From positions 5,766,001-5,830,000 of the forward strand of contig CM035361.1 of NCBI GenBank assembly GCA_020137815.1: DNA of 64,000 nt. Direction: 5' to 3'. A model generated the notes under the pieces. The model was not told the DNA's origin. It searched no databases and saw nothing but the letters and a program-made list of their open reading frames with translations. Numbering within the stretch: position 1 is the first letter of the stretch; every line of letters starts with the position of its first letter. A program made the position numbers and the translations under genes. Positions 62,987 through 64,000 of this stretch are shown here, piece by piece. Origin of the DNA: Hormiphora californensis. Lineage: Eukaryota > Animalia > Ctenophora.

Positions 62987-63279
62987 ACCACTGCGTACAG
63001 AATGATAATCACCTCTTTTGTAGGATTCTATCACGTAGTCTATAGGCGTCAGCGCCAGTTTGGGACATATGGCTCCTCCAAACTCGCTGGCGATTGTGTT
63101 GAAGTTGAGTAGTCATGTTCACGAAACGTGGTGAACAGGGGGTGAACAGATCAAATCGAGCAAACGATCATCCACACAACCGGCAGAGAGATGAATCAAG
63201 GATGCACGTGCAGTTTAAGGCTCAAGCTGGCAGGTTGCCAGGGTCCCTCTAGGGACATCACGTGCAAAAGGCCATTTCC

Positions 63280-64000
63280 AGGAATTTTGTGCCATATTTG
63301 GTAAAAAAACCATCACCCATCATTTCCCTATTTGCTTTAATAATAGTATGATTCCTACAAAGTTTCAAGTCGATATTTCAAGCAGATCGGGAGATAATTG
63401 CGGCTCAGGTGCCCCTGAGCCACTTTTGTTAGTGCGGGGGCAATTTTAAAATTTTAATTGCTTATAATTAATTAATTAAGTAAAAAATCAAAAATCAGGC
63501 TCCGTGGTGACTCTTAGTTATACCACTAGAACATGCCTACAAAGTTTTAGATCGATATGTCAAACAGTGTGGCCACAGTTTGAATTTTAAAATTGCTCAG
63601 GGGCAGTTTTTCAAATGCTCAGGGGCAATGCTCAGGGGCACCAGAAAAATGTCCATTTTTGCATGCCTATAACTCATTGATTACTTAATTTTGACTATTC
63701 TAACTTTTTGTAGATCATTTTTTATGCTTGAAGAGCATTCCTACAAAGTTTCAAGTCGATATTTCAAGCAGATCGGGAGATAATTTCGGCTCAGGGGCAA
63801 TGCTCAGGGGACAGAACACGCCATGCTCAGGGGCACGGTGCAGGGGCTACTTTTTAATTACCTATAATTAATTAATTAGGCAAAAAATCAAAAATCCGGC
63901 CACGTTATGACACGTAGTTATACTACTAGAACTCGCCTACAAAATTTCAGGTCGATATCTCAAAAAATGTGGCCACAATCGCTGCCTGAAATTTGCCCCC
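63280..64000. repeat. Interspersed repeat with GCTCAGGGGCA and CCTACAAAGTTTCA..TCGATAT modules; partly homologous (inverted) to ~30568-30627
   Basis: Internal ~380-bp duplication; runs off the window end. Confidence 0.65.

Overview
Repeat-dominated eukaryotic (animal) genomic DNA with spliceosomal introns, microsatellites and two 100-N assembly gaps; no prokaryotic features. The GPCR style and short repeat families suggest a ctenophore-like invertebrate (inference from recall, not verified). Genes: (1) a minus-strand WD40 gene, 7 in-frame exons reconstructed at 12242-8688; (2) an intact, intronless 645-aa MATH+BTB ORF with a hydrophobic N-terminus on the opposite strand just past the last WD40 exon found, abutting a long palindrome; (3) a frameshifted rhodopsin-like GPCR; (4) a plus-strand modular gene built from symmetric phase-1 exons: three copies of a ~140-aa beta-rich domain I cannot assign plus a sushi/CCP exon. 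Most of the rest is a dense, nested set of non-autonomous DNA transposons of several target-site classes (TTAA, 8 bp, 9 bp, TA), many of them near-perfect foldback palindromes. There are also two RNase H-bearing LINE-type insertions with clean target-site duplications (TSDs), each inside a palindrome arm, a tRNA-derived SINE, and decayed Ty3/gypsy-like gag/protease sequence.
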